A stretch of DNA of 64,000 nt, from the IMG/VR virus record IMGVR_UViG_3300036767_000362. One strand, given 5' to 3'. The notes beneath the pieces were generated by a model. That model ran no database searches, was not told where the DNA came from, and saw nothing but the letters and a program-made list of their open reading frames with translations. Of the stretch, positions 17,586 to 26,472 are shown in pieces. Made by a program: the position numbers and the translations under genes. Source of the DNA: a virus. The stretch's first letter is position 1. Every line of letters starts with the position of its first letter.

Positions 17586-20252
17586 TTATTCAAATTCAAA
17601 CATAGAACTAAATGTATTATCTTGTAGTGTAGATTGGATATCCCAGTTTAGTTCTCCTAGTAAGTTTCCTAATTTATTGTCAATTAAAGTAGATTCCATT
17701 GCGCCACCATCAAAAGGTAATTCCTTAAACCATTTTGGAATACGTAGTTGATCCGTAGGATATGCAACAGATGTATATTCTAATGGATTCTTTTTAAGTT
17801 TACATACAATAACTTTCATACCATCTACTATTTCCATGGAATGTTTATCTCCATGCATTCTTTTAAGGTTGTTCCAGTTCATACTTGCTCTAACGTGACC
17901 CGGCATATTAGCTTTTCCTTGTCTATTTTCTTTTCTTACATATTCTACAAGATTGTTAACTCTTTTAGGAGATCCTTTTTCCCAACCTGGACGTTGTTTA
18001 AAACTAATTCTAAATTCAGTAATTCTTTCTAAAACTTCTTTTTCTGTTTTTTTAGTTAATACCATTAATAATAATTCACTTAAAAAGTCTTGGACAAACA
18101 CAGGAGTATCTGATCTTTTTAAATCTAATCCCATTGCTTTTACTTTGCCTGGATTGTCATTATCTAATCTAGTGCCTTCTACTTCATAATTTAATACTGC
18201 ATATCTTTTTTTAGTAATAAAAAGTCCTGTTTCTGCAACAGATTCTTTACCTGCTTCAATAACGTCCCCTCTATTTTTAGGACAATGGAATGCTTCTAAC
18301 ATAAAGTCTTTAAAACTAGTATTGACTTCTTCTGCAACTTTATCATATAATTTTATAACACTTTCTTTATTCCAAGGTATTTTACCTGTTTCTATTTCTT
18401 TTTTTAATATAGGATGTGCAGAAAAATAAGCAGAATCAGTATCTCCATATATTATTGCTTTTCCTAAATGGTCATATGCTCCTGTTGTTACTTCATTAAT
18501 TTTAGCCGCCATATGTTTAGTAATTTGTCTACCTGATAATGTTGTAGATTGTCCTATTCTTTTATCAAAAAATCTACAACCTGGATTTAATATTGCACCA
18601 TATAAACTATTCAAGTTAATTTTTTTCACTAATTGTCTTCTATCCCAGAATCCTATTTCTGCTTCGTTATTAGCATCTACGGCTTTTTGTTTCATTTCTT
18701 GTAAATGTTGTCTTTCAGCATACCATTTTTTTAATAGTCCTGGTATAACGCCTGTAAAATCACTAGTAAAAATTGTACCATTGGCACTTAACATTAAAGA
18801 AGCATTACTATCAAATATCAATTTATAAATTTGTGCTCCACTCATTGTTTCGCTTTTGCCGTCTTCCCAGTCCACAGTAATATTAAAATCTTTTCGTTGA
18901 GACATTACTGCTTCATATTCCAATGATCCAAACTGACCTTCCCATGCTGATGCGAATGATTTTTTTTGTAATGACATTTGTTCGTCTATAAAAGCATCAG
19001 TAGATTCAGGTTTTAATTGTCCGACAATACATTCAGGAGCCATATTCAATGCTCTAATAACAGATGGATATAGTGATTTAATATCCATTGCACCTATCCA
19101 ATTATGTAATCCTTTTTTAGGAAATGCCACATAAGCACCTGCCGCCGATTCAGTAGAGTGAGGTTCACGTTTAATTCTATTAGGTACTTGTACTCCTCTT
19201 TTGTGTGCTTCGTTAATAATGGCTTGTTCTGTTACTGCAACTGCTCCTAATGTTGTTTGTAGTAATACCGTATTTTGATGTGCAAGTTCATTAGTTAAAG
19301 TTATAAATTTAAATTTTTTATCTAACTTATCTAGTAATGCAACGTCTTGTCTATTGTACTCAATAAATTTTGCAAAGTCATCATTATATAATTGATCTAA
19401 CGATCCTTCATATATAGTTTTTGTTTCTCCTAGTTCGTGATCACCAATTGCATCTAGTCTATATGAATGTCGTTCTTCATATGTGTATTTTCTATAAAGT
19501 TCTAAACTATCTAAATGTACTCGTCCGATTAAATCATATGTTTCTTGTGTTCTTCCAAATCTATCAAATTCTCTTTTTTTAGGTAATTGTTTCCATAAAC
19601 AAAAACGTCTTGTATCATCTTTACTCAATATTTTAGATATTCTATTAATTAAATACGGAAGATCATACCCTTCACTATTCCATCCACTTAATACATCTGC
19701 TTCTTCTATAATATCTAAAAATGCAGTTAGTAATTGAGATTCATGTTCATAAATTGTTACGTTTTCAAAATTTTTAACAGATTCTTTTGCTCTAGTCATT
19801 GACATATTTTTAGGTTTAAGAGCAAACGTAACAAGAGTATCTAACCATTTTAAATGTACACTAATTGCAGTTACTGGCATAAAAGGATCACTTGGTAAAG
19901 AAAAACCTTTTTCGGGATCAAAGTCTGCTTCTATATCAAAGAATGCAATTTTTAATTTTGGTGCATCTGAATTAATATAGTTTTCACTTAAACATTGGAA
20001 GATTGGATTAACGTCCGATTCGTATAATTTTTTGTTTCTATTGATTGCAAGTTCTTTATGGAAATCTTTTGTGTTTTTACATACGATTCTAGTTAACGTC
20101 TTACCGTCGACGCTTTTATGTTTACCTCTAGGATCTTCGTAGTAAAATGTATATTTGATTGGATATTCTCTGAAAATTCTTTTTCCGTTATCTCGTTCTA
20201 CCACTCTTATGATATCTTGACTTCTATCGAAATAACCATTTATGTAACTCAT
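17586..20252 (-). CDS. Family B DNA polymerase
   Basis: Exo I FFDIE, Exo II GWNSEGYDLPY, Exo III YNRQDV; motif A DIKSLYPS, B KINLNSLYG, C YGDTDS; KKRYA. Confidence 0.97.
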   Translation of the reverse strand: MSYINGYFDRSQDIIRVVERDNGKRIFREYPIKYTFYYEDPRGKHKSVDGKTLTRIVCKNTKDFHKELAINRNKKLYESDVNPIFQCLSENYINSDAPKLKIAFFDIEADFDPEKGFSLPSDPFMPVTAISVHLKWLDTLVTFALKPKNMSMTRAKESVKNFENVTIYEHESQLLTAFLDIIEEADVLSGWNSEGYDLPYLINRISKILSKDDTRRFCLWKQLPKKREFDRFGRTQETYDLIGRVHLDSLELYRKYTYEERHSYRLDAIGDHELGETKTIYEGSLDQLYNDDFAKFIEYNRQDVALLDKLDKKFKFITLTNELAHQNTVLLQTTLGAVAVTEQAIINEAHKRGVQVPNRIKREPHSTESAAGAYVAFPKKGLHNWIGAMDIKSLYPSVIRALNMAPECIVGQLKPESTDAFIDEQMSLQKKSFASAWEGQFGSLEYEAVMSQRKDFNITVDWEDGKSETMSGAQIYKLIFDSNASLMLSANGTIFTSDFTGVIPGLLKKWYAERQHLQEMKQKAVDANNEAEIGFWDRRQLVKKINLNSLYGAILNPGCRFFDKRIGQSTTLSGRQITKHMAAKINEVTTGAYDHLGKAIIYGDTDSAYFSAHPILKKEIETGKIPWNKESVIKLYDKVAEEVNTSFKDFMLEAFHCPKNRGDVIEAGKESVAETGLFITKKRYAVLNYEVEGTRLDNDNPGKVKAMGLDLKRSDTPVFVQDFLSELLLMVLTKKTEKEVLERITEFRISFKQRPGWEKGSPKRVNNLVEYVRKENRQGKANMPGHVRASMNWNNLKRMHGDKHSMEIVDGMKVIVCKLKKNPLEYTSVAYPTDQLRIPKWFKELPFDGGAMESTLIDNKLGNLLGELNWDIQSTLQDNTFSSMFEFE

Positions 20253-20257
20253 TTATT

Positions 20258-20309
20258 CTCCTAATGTCATTTTTGGCTGACATATTACCAATCGTTGTTT
20301 TTGGCCAAC
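20258..20309 (-). promoter_or_regulatory. Twin-hairpin 5'UTR element of the polymerase gene (candidate translational operator)
   Basis: GTTG-GCCAAAAA-CAAC (20309-20294) and ATGTCA-GCCAAAAA-TGACAT (20283-20264): different stems, identical 8-nt loop; the second lies 1 nt before SD AGGAG. Confidence 0.7.
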
Positions 20310-20323
20310 TAAACCTTTTCTAT

Positions 20324-20352
20324 ACTATAACAAGTTTATTGATCTTTGTCAA
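20324..20352 (-). promoter_or_regulatory. Sigma70-type promoter of the polymerase gene
   Basis: TTGACA-N17-TATAGT. Confidence 0.75.
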
Positions 20353-20443
20353 GAATGCTGTTCATCGCTTCAATAATTTCTTTTATAGTCCAAGTGCCTT
20401 TTATTTTCTTTTCTAGTTCTTTTGCCTTAGTTAGTTTGCTCAT
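20336..20443 (-). CDS. 35-aa microprotein coupled to rplL
   Basis: Not in track; ATGA overlap with the rplL stop; MSKLTKAKELEKKIKGTWTIKEIIEAMNSILDKDQ. Confidence 0.5.
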   Translation of the reverse strand: MSKLTKAKELEKKIKGTWTIKEIIEAMNSILDKDQ

Positions 20444-20814
20444 TTTAATTGAACTGTACCGCCTGCTTCTTCTAAAATCTTTTTAAGTTTTTCTGCTTCT
20501 TCCTTTTCGATATCTTCTTTGATTACTTTAGGTAAATCCTCAACAAAGTTTTTAGCTTCTAGTAATCCTAGATCTAATATAGGTCTAACTGCTTTAATAA
20601 TAGGAATTTTTTGCCCATCAGCAAATCCTGTTAACGTAACTGTTGCAGTATCTTTAACTTCTTCTTGACTTGCCACAGGAACTCTACTTCCACCTGCACC
20701 TAATATTTCTTCATAATTAAGTCCCCAGGCCTTTTCTAATTTTTTAGCAAGTTCTCCTGCTTCAACTACTGTTAATTTTCCTAATTGTTCTACTAAATTA
20801 TCTATCTCTGCCAT
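20440..20814 (-). CDS. rplL: Ribosomal protein bL12 (L7/L12)
   Basis: NTD LGKLTVVEAGELAKKLEKAWG, hinge, CTD KIPIIKAVR...LGLLEAKNFVEDLPKVIKE...KEEAEKLKKILEEAGGTVQLK. Confidence 0.93.
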   Translation of the reverse strand: MAEIDNLVEQLGKLTVVEAGELAKKLEKAWGLNYEEILGAGGSRVPVASQEEVKDTATVTLTGFADGQKIPIIKAVRPILDLGLLEAKNFVEDLPKVIKEDIEKEEAEKLKKILEEAGGTVQLK

Positions 20815-20822
20815 ATTAATAT

Positions 20823-21875
20823 TTAATGATTCTCATAACTTTCATATACCTTATTGAGTTGGTGGTTTACACAAACAAAACTTGCACATTTGGGTATGTC
20901 TTTTAATCTTCTTGCCCCAATATATGTACAAGAGGATCTTACACCACCTAACATATCTTCTATTGCTTCTTTAACAGGTCCTCTATCTGGTAAAAAAATT
21001 CTTTTTCCTTCGTTGCCTCTATATCCATCTTTTCTTTTGCCGTGTATTTCTCTTGCCCGGTCTGAACTCATTCCATAAAATTCTCTTTTTCCGTCTTTTA
21101 CTTCAACTTCTGATTCGTTGAATCCTGCTAACATACCACCTAGCATAACAAAATGTGCTCCACCACCTAATGCTTTTGATACATCACCTGGTTCAATACA
21201 TCCACCGTCAGCCATAATATGTCCACCAACGCCATTCGCCGCATCTGCACATTCTACTACTGCTGAAAATTGAGGTACACCAACACCAGCCATTGTTCTT
21301 GTTGTACATACTGAACCAGGACCAATGCCAATTTTTACTATGTCGGCACCACTAATAATTAATTGTTCAACCATTTCACCAGTAACAACGTTACCTGCAA
21401 TTATAGTTTTATCTGGAAATTCATCTCTTACTTTTTTAACAAAGTCTACATAATTTTCATGATATCCATTTGCAACATCTATTGTAATAAATTTAATGTC
21501 TGGAAAACTCTTTAATACTTCTTGCATTGTCCAATAATCTTCAGCATTATCATCCCATAACTTACCTGTACCAGTACATACTGATACATACTTTAATTTA
21601 ATTCCCCAACCTACTGCTTGTTTCCAGTGTTCTATTGTTGTTGTCTTTGTAATCGTGGTCATCATTTTATATTCTTGTAAAACTTTTGCCATACTAAATG
21701 TACCAACACCATCCATATTAGATGCTACAATTGGACAACAAGTATATGATTCTTTAGAGTTTTTAAATGTAAATGTTCTAGTCATATCTACTTCTTTTCT
21801 AGATGATAACGTAGAACGTTTTGGTTTTAATAAAACATCTGCATAATCTAAATGTATAGTTTGATCTAGTCTCAT
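20823..21875 (-). CDS. guaC: GMP reductase
   Basis: LDYADVLLKPKRSTLSSR, NMDGVGTF, IDVANGY, KIGIGPGSVCTTR (catalytic Cys), ADGG, FYGMSS, GGVRSSCTYIGA. Confidence 0.93.
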   Translation of the reverse strand: MRLDQTIHLDYADVLLKPKRSTLSSRKEVDMTRTFTFKNSKESYTCCPIVASNMDGVGTFSMAKVLQEYKMMTTITKTTTIEHWKQAVGWGIKLKYVSVCTGTGKLWDDNAEDYWTMQEVLKSFPDIKFITIDVANGYHENYVDFVKKVRDEFPDKTIIAGNVVTGEMVEQLIISGADIVKIGIGPGSVCTTRTMAGVGVPQFSAVVECADAANGVGGHIMADGGCIEPGDVSKALGGGAHFVMLGGMLAGFNESEVEVKDGKREFYGMSSDRAREIHGKRKDGYRGNEGKRIFLPDRGPVKEAIEDMLGGVRSSCTYIGARRLKDIPKCASFVCVNHQLNKVYESYENH

Positions 21876-22669
21876 AAATTCTCCATGTCATAATAAAAAT
21901 GTTGTGTTCCTTTTCTAGGAACTTCTACTACTTGTTCTAAAGGAAGAAAAACGCCAGAAGGACTTGCTGTTTCTCCGTCATAATTTTTACCATCTATATG
22001 AATACAATTATCTACTGTTAAAATTGGTATGTTAGATGCATATGCCATAAATGATAAACACCCTGTATGATATTTGTCGTGAACAATTCTTGCTGGCTCG
22101 CCTTTATCTTTTGCACCATTTGAAGAATGGATTATTAATTTTGTTTTTTCATCTACTGCTACTTTTACAAGATTAGGTTTACCGCTCCAATAACCACCCC
22201 AAAGATCATTACATAACATACCAGTAACTTTTATAGTTTTACCGAAATCCTCATCATCTATTGGAAGATGAATTACTCCTGTATCTTCTCCAGCAACACA
22301 TCCTTCGTCATATGAAACAATATAACGTTTATTAACTGCTCCTAAGAAATTTCCTTTTGGATCATAGTAACGTTGTTGATTTCTTACATCAGCCTTTTCT
22401 AATTCTTTATTCTCAACCCATAGAGTTCCTAATATAAGACCTATATGTTTATCACTAGCATATTTTCTTATAACATCTAATGCTTTAGAAACTTTAAAAA
22501 AATTAGTATCTACATTAATAGCATCTACATCATAACCTGACAAAGAAGCTTCGGGTGTTACTAGATAATTACAATTATTCTGTTCAGCCCAATCAATACT
22601 ATTTTTAATAGTTTCAACATTGCTGTCTAGGTTTTGAGTTACTGGAATTTGAGCTCCTGCGATTCTCAT
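21872..22669 (-). CDS. Carbon-nitrogen hydrolase (nitrilase superfamily)
   Basis: IAGAQI, TPEASLSGY (Glu), NKRY (Lys), MLCNDLW (Cys) triad. Confidence 0.85.
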   Translation of the reverse strand: MRIAGAQIPVTQNLDSNVETIKNSIDWAEQNNCNYLVTPEASLSGYDVDAINVDTNFFKVSKALDVIRKYASDKHIGLILGTLWVENKELEKADVRNQQRYYDPKGNFLGAVNKRYIVSYDEGCVAGEDTGVIHLPIDDEDFGKTIKVTGMLCNDLWGGYWSGKPNLVKVAVDEKTKLIIHSSNGAKDKGEPARIVHDKYHTGCLSFMAYASNIPILTVDNCIHIDGKNYDGETASPSGVFLPLEQVVEVPRKGTQHFYYDMENL

Positions 22670-22697
22670 TTTTATTTTTTAAATTTAGCCGCTTCCA

Positions 22698-23192
22698 TTA
22701 TAACCAGCCTTTAAATCCAGCATTTGGATTTTTATAAATTGAACTATTTTTCTCATTTTCTCTTGCTTCTACACTAATGACCCAAGCTCGACCTCTAGAT
22801 TTTTCTCGTAAAAGTTTATCAACCCAATCACAAAGATAATGTGCTGTACCTTCCATACCAGGTCCCATTGGATGAGTTCTAATTCTGCATACACCTGCTT
22901 GTTCTAATTTTCTAAAAGTATCCATGTGAGGATCATCTTCGTCAAGTACTAAAGTATGATCATACATATGATCCAAATGTGCTTTTACATCTTTTAAATC
23001 ACCATAGTCTACTACAAAGCCTTCTTTTGTAAAATTTTTACAAGCAAATACAAAATGAAAACTTCTGCTGTATCCGTGAATTACATGACAGTTGCCATCG
23101 TGTCTATATTGTCTATGAGCACAAGGAAAGTTAAAAAAACTTTTTGTGGAAGTAAATTGTTCTTCTGTTACGTTATCATAATCTTCAGCCAT
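22698..23192 (-). CDS. queD: 6-carboxy-5,6,7,8-tetrahydropterin synthase
   Basis: CAHRQ...CHVIHGYS, VVDYGDLK, DHT, E...A, VEARENEKNS. Confidence 0.88.
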   Translation of the reverse strand: MAEDYDNVTEEQFTSTKSFFNFPCAHRQYRHDGNCHVIHGYSRSFHFVFACKNFTKEGFVVDYGDLKDVKAHLDHMYDHTLVLDEDDPHMDTFRKLEQAGVCRIRTHPMGPGMEGTAHYLCDWVDKLLREKSRGRAWVISVEARENEKNSSIYKNPNAGFKGWL

Positions 23193-23482
23193 TAAAAAAA
23201 ATCCTTTTCGTTTATTGCTTTATCGTCAACCCATTTATCATAAACCGGTTTATCTACGTTAATTGATGTAAATTTACAACCCCATTCATTAAGTTGAGCT
23301 ACTGTATATAGATACCAGTCTTTTCCAGACATTCCTCCTCTGGAAGTCCAATAATGAATTTCATGACCTTTATCATATAATTCATTAACCTGTTTTATTT
23401 TTTCTAAATCAGGTTTACTATTATCATAGTCGCTACCTTCAGTATAACAAATGGTTCCGTCTATGTCAATGTAATATATCAT
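23192..23482 (-). CDS. Minimal HAD-family phosphatase
   Basis: IDIDGTI motif I, WTSRG, KP...WVDDKA. Confidence 0.8.
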   Translation of the reverse strand: MIYYIDIDGTICYTEGSDYDNSKPDLEKIKQVNELYDKGHEIHYWTSRGGMSGKDWYLYTVAQLNEWGCKFTSINVDKPVYDKWVDDKAINEKDFF

Positions 23483-23483
23483 A

Positions 23484-23723
23484 TTAAGTTAACCAGTTTG
23501 TCCAAATTAATCCTGCCGCGGCAACTGTTACCAAAGTAATGTTAGTTACTATTAATGCAGGTTCTTTCCAAATTATACTTACTGCTAACCAAAGGACTCC
23601 TCCTAAAGCTAAAATAATTGGACCTTGTGGGTAATATCCTAATGAATTAATCGCAGTTCCAATAATTAAAGTCGCAGTGGCTAACCATTTAAGGTACCAG
23701 GTTATTTCACTTATCTTTGCCAA
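23484..23723 (-). CDS. Small multi-pass membrane protein
   Basis: Three hydrophobic segments; LKWLAT...YP...W...WKEPALIVTN. Confidence 0.65.
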   Translation of the reverse strand: MAKISEITWYLKWLATATLIIGTAINSLGYYPQGPIILALGGVLWLAVSIIWKEPALIVTNITLVTVAAAGLIWTNWLT

Positions 23724-23967
23724 CTGCTACTATCAAGTTTTCTAAGCTATCAAAAGCTTCTGAATACTTGCTCCAATCACCTTTATGTGCAATTTTGATT
23801 GCCTTATTAATTAGGGCAGGTTTGATTTCTAATTCTTCGGCTACTGCTTTTACGGTGTCTTTTAATCCTGCACTTAAATCTTCTACTTCTGAAAGAACGT
23901 TTGCTCCTTCATCTACTATTCTTTTTAACTTGGCTTGTTCTTCTGGACCATAAGTTCTTTCACTCAT
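23707..23967 (-). CDS. T4 DsbA/GapR-like dsDNA-binding protein
   Basis: Coiled coil then LKDTVKAVAEELEIKPALINKAIKIAHK; start MSERTY with SD GAGGAG. Confidence 0.55.
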   Translation of the reverse strand: MSERTYGPEEQAKLKRIVDEGANVLSEVEDLSAGLKDTVKAVAEELEIKPALINKAIKIAHKGDWSKYSEAFDSLENLIVAVGKDK

Positions 23968-23991
23968 AATTCTCCTCAATAAATTTAACTT

Positions 23992-24020
23992 ATTTTACTT
24001 AATATTAATAGAAAAGTCAA
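23992..24020 (-). promoter_or_regulatory. Sigma70-type promoter
   Basis: TTGACT-N17-TAAAAT heading the dsbA-queD-guaC-rplL operon. Confidence 0.7.
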
Positions 24021-24033
24021 GAATTCTTTTTGA

Positions 24034-24741
24034 TTATTCTTTAGTAGGATTTGGTTTATCAATTTTTGGTTTAAGTTCTTTTATTTCGTATGCCCAAGTA
24101 TCTCCATCGCCATAATTGGCTGACCATTTTGGATTATCTTCAACACTATATTCTCTTGTGCTACATTTAAAATCTCCCATTTTAGTTTCATGAGATACTA
24201 AACTTTGCTCAAACCATCTCATTCTGTTGTTAGGTTGTGCGGCATATTGTCCGTTATCTAATTTCATTACATTAAATGATTTGTGTTCATCAGGTGTTTC
24301 AGCAAAAGTAGTATTAAGTTCATTGTCATTACTGTGACAACTATCTATTGTAAACATATATTCGCCACTATGCATTTTTTTATCTTTACCAAAAAATGCA
24401 CAACGAAGTCCTGATAATGTTGCTTTTTCTAAAACTGTAATGTAATATGAAAAGGAATCCCAAATTTCTAAATGATCTAAAGGTAAAAATTTACTTGTAT
24501 CTGCATCTGTTTTCCAAACGTATGCACTCAGAGGTAGTTTATCGTATAATGCACCATATTCTGGAAGTAAGGATTCTATATATAATGCTTTACCTGATAT
24601 ACTTTTTACAGTAACCCAAATAGCAGGAGTATATTTGCCTTGACCTAATAATTTCCCGTTATCATCTTTTTGCAGGTCATAGAGATATTCCATTCTAACA
24701 TAACAGTCTACTGGCGGTAAGTTTGCTATTAAATAAGCCAT
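24034..24741 (-). CDS. Hypothetical phage protein
   Basis: 235-aa ORF (GALYDKLPLSA, EYMFTID, EHKSFN, GQYAAQPNNR); late motif AATAAATA at 24789-24796. Confidence 0.75.
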   Translation of the reverse strand: MAYLIANLPPVDCYVRMEYLYDLQKDDNGKLLGQGKYTPAIWVTVKSISGKALYIESLLPEYGALYDKLPLSAYVWKTDADTSKFLPLDHLEIWDSFSYYITVLEKATLSGLRCAFFGKDKKMHSGEYMFTIDSCHSNDNELNTTFAETPDEHKSFNVMKLDNGQYAAQPNNRMRWFEQSLVSHETKMGDFKCSTREYSVEDNPKWSANYGDGDTWAYEIKELKPKIDKPNPTKE

Positions 24742-24815
24742 ACCTTGGTACCTCCTCTAATAATTTTTCCATAACGTAATTATAAGAGTATTTATTGTAT
24801 TTTAAGGAATTGACT

Positions 24816-25316
24816 TTATTTTGATAACTTATTTTGAAGTTTTGTAGAAAGGTTTTCTTTGTAAGAATCTTGTGTATTAGTTGTTTCTTTTTTGTCTAAA
24901 TAGTCATGTAAAAACGCATCAACATCTTCTATTGTTTTAAACGTTCCTAAATGTTTTTCACCTTGCCATACTTGGAAGTCACCATCTTTACTTTTTGTAG
25001 TGTATATTCCATATTTGTTCATATCAGGCATAGGATTAGTTTCGCCAACATAATTTATTGAATTGTTAAATTTTTCTTTGTAATCAAAGTGATTGAATAC
25101 AGTAGTTAAGTAATCAGAAGCTTTAGTAATTTTTGCTTGTATCCAGCCTTCTAGTCCTTCTGATTCACTAACACTTTTCATCATGTCATGAAGTTTAATT
25201 GAATACTTTGCGGCTTTGTATAAATCACCTCGTGCCATTTGCACTTCGTGATCCTTTTCAGCTTTTTGAGCCTCATCCGCTAAATTTTCTTTAACTTTAA
25301 TTTCTTTGTGCTTCAT
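24816..25316 (-). CDS. Late protein, putative internal head protein
   Basis: MKHKEI..KE N-terminus; DHEVQMAR...LEGWIQAKITKASDYL; TATAAATA 5 nt upstream of ATG. Confidence 0.6.
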   Translation of the reverse strand: MKHKEIKVKENLADEAQKAEKDHEVQMARGDLYKAAKYSIKLHDMMKSVSESEGLEGWIQAKITKASDYLTTVFNHFDYKEKFNNSINYVGETNPMPDMNKYGIYTTKSKDGDFQVWQGEKHLGTFKTIEDVDAFLHDYLDKKETTNTQDSYKENLSTKLQNKLSK

Positions 25317-25321
25317 AGTAG

Positions 25322-25329
25322 TATTTATA
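25322..25329 (-). promoter_or_regulatory. T4 late promoter consensus TATAAATA
   Basis: TATAAATA-CTACT-ATG. Confidence 0.65.
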
Positions 25330-25597
25330 CTCGTTTAATAGGTTGCCCAAATAAACTTACGTTAGGCATCTCATGGGCACCTTTAACTCTGCCATCTGGA
25401 TGTTTAGGTGTAGCTACTTTAGGTATTTTAGGAGCTTTCCAACCTGACTTTCCTGGATACCCTGTATAAGACTTTTTAAATCTATCAGGACCAATTGCAA
25501 CTTGTGGATTATTTACAGTAGCAATGTTACCAGCCGAAGTTGCTCCTGCTGTTGCATATTCATCTACTCTAGTACTTAAAATTTCTCTAATCTTCAT
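25325..25597 (-). CDS. Late protein, putative internal head protein
   Basis: MKIREIL N-terminus; E-YATAGATSAGNIA; AATAAATA-GTATT-ATG. Confidence 0.65.
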   Translation of the reverse strand: MKIREILSTRVDEYATAGATSAGNIATVNNPQVAIGPDRFKKSYTGYPGKSGWKAPKIPKVATPKHPDGRVKGAHEMPNVSLFGQPIKRV

Positions 25598-25601
25598 AAT
25601 A

Positions 25602-25784
25602 CTATTTATTTTTGCCTTTATAGATTTGTTTGGCTCTTTTACTAATGCTATATTTGGCGTGAGGAACTTTTAAATTCTTTTTACCGTAAACGTTACCAAT
25701 TACGTGTGGGTAGGTTACGGTCTTGGCATTAGGGTCAATGCCATAATGATGATCGTGTCTTCTTTTGATTTCGTTGATTTTCAT
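25602..25784 (-). CDS. Small basic late protein
   Basis: MKINEI N-terminus, 60 aa. Confidence 0.55.
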   Translation of the reverse strand: MKINEIKRRHDHHYGIDPNAKTVTYPHVIGNVYGKKNLKVPHAKYSISKRAKQIYKGKNK

Positions 25785-25817
25785 TGTGAAATGAAAAGAT
25801 AAACCTAGGGGGAACTA

Positions 25818-26063
25818 CTAGTCTACTTTGATTATATTTTTAATAGCTTGATGTAGTTTTTCTGCAGTTGCAACACCTAATTGTCTCTGTGCATACTCTT
25901 TATCTCCATCGATAAGAGCCGCTACTTGATCAATCATTTCAAGTTTAGTAATACTACCGTTCTTGAAATTTGTGTTTATTGTTATTGCACTTTCGGCTAT
26001 AGTTTTAGCCCAGTTATTTTCTGCTACTATTTCTGCTAATGCTGTTTCGTCTGCCGCCGCCAT
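25818..26063 (-). CDS. Hypothetical protein
   Basis: SD AGGAG and TATAAATA at 26091-26098. Confidence 0.7.
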   Translation of the reverse strand: MAAADETALAEIVAENNWAKTIAESAITINTNFKNGSITKLEMIDQVAALIDGDKEYAQRQLGVATAEKLHQAIKNIIKVD

Positions 26064-26098
26064 AGTGTATCTCCTTTAGTGTTATACTTGTATTTATA

Positions 26099-26299
26099 TT
26101 ATCTCAGCTTTTTAATTGTACGTCCTAACCCTAGTTTTTTAACGTTTTTATACTCATCTCCGGGCTTAACGTCGCTTGTAGTGTTTTGTTTAGTAATAAT
26201 ACCCACACTTGAAGCTTCTTCATTTTTATTCTTAATAAGTTGAACAATTTTAGTTCTAGACTCTTCTAAAGGTAATGCTACAATTTCAAGAATTTTCAT
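26099..26299 (-). CDS. Small late protein
   Basis: MKILEI N-terminus; GIITKQNTTSDVKPG. Confidence 0.6.
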   Translation of the reverse strand: MKILEIVALPLEESRTKIVQLIKNKNEEASSVGIITKQNTTSDVKPGDEYKNVKKLGLGRTIKKLR

Positions 26300-26472
26300 T
26301 ATAATTTACCTCTTTTTAATTGATCTTTAGTTACTTTATATGGTACTTTTTCAATTTTACCACCTTTAGCAAGAAACTCTTTCATCATACGATCACGATC
26401 TTCTTGCGTTGTTTTCTTGTCTTCTTCTTTACCTGACGAATATACTCTATTGATCCCTGTGAATTTGGGCAT
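26299..26472 (-). CDS. 57-aa microprotein with SutA-like RNAP-binding motif
   Basis: Not in track; SD AGGAG, ATG 26472, TAATG overlap with next gene; MPKFTGINRVYSSGKEEDKKTTQEDRDRMMKEFLAKGGKIEKVPYKVTKDQLKRGKL. Confidence 0.7.
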   Translation of the reverse strand: MPKFTGINRVYSSGKEEDKKTTQEDRDRMMKEFLAKGGKIEKVPYKVTKDQLKRGKL

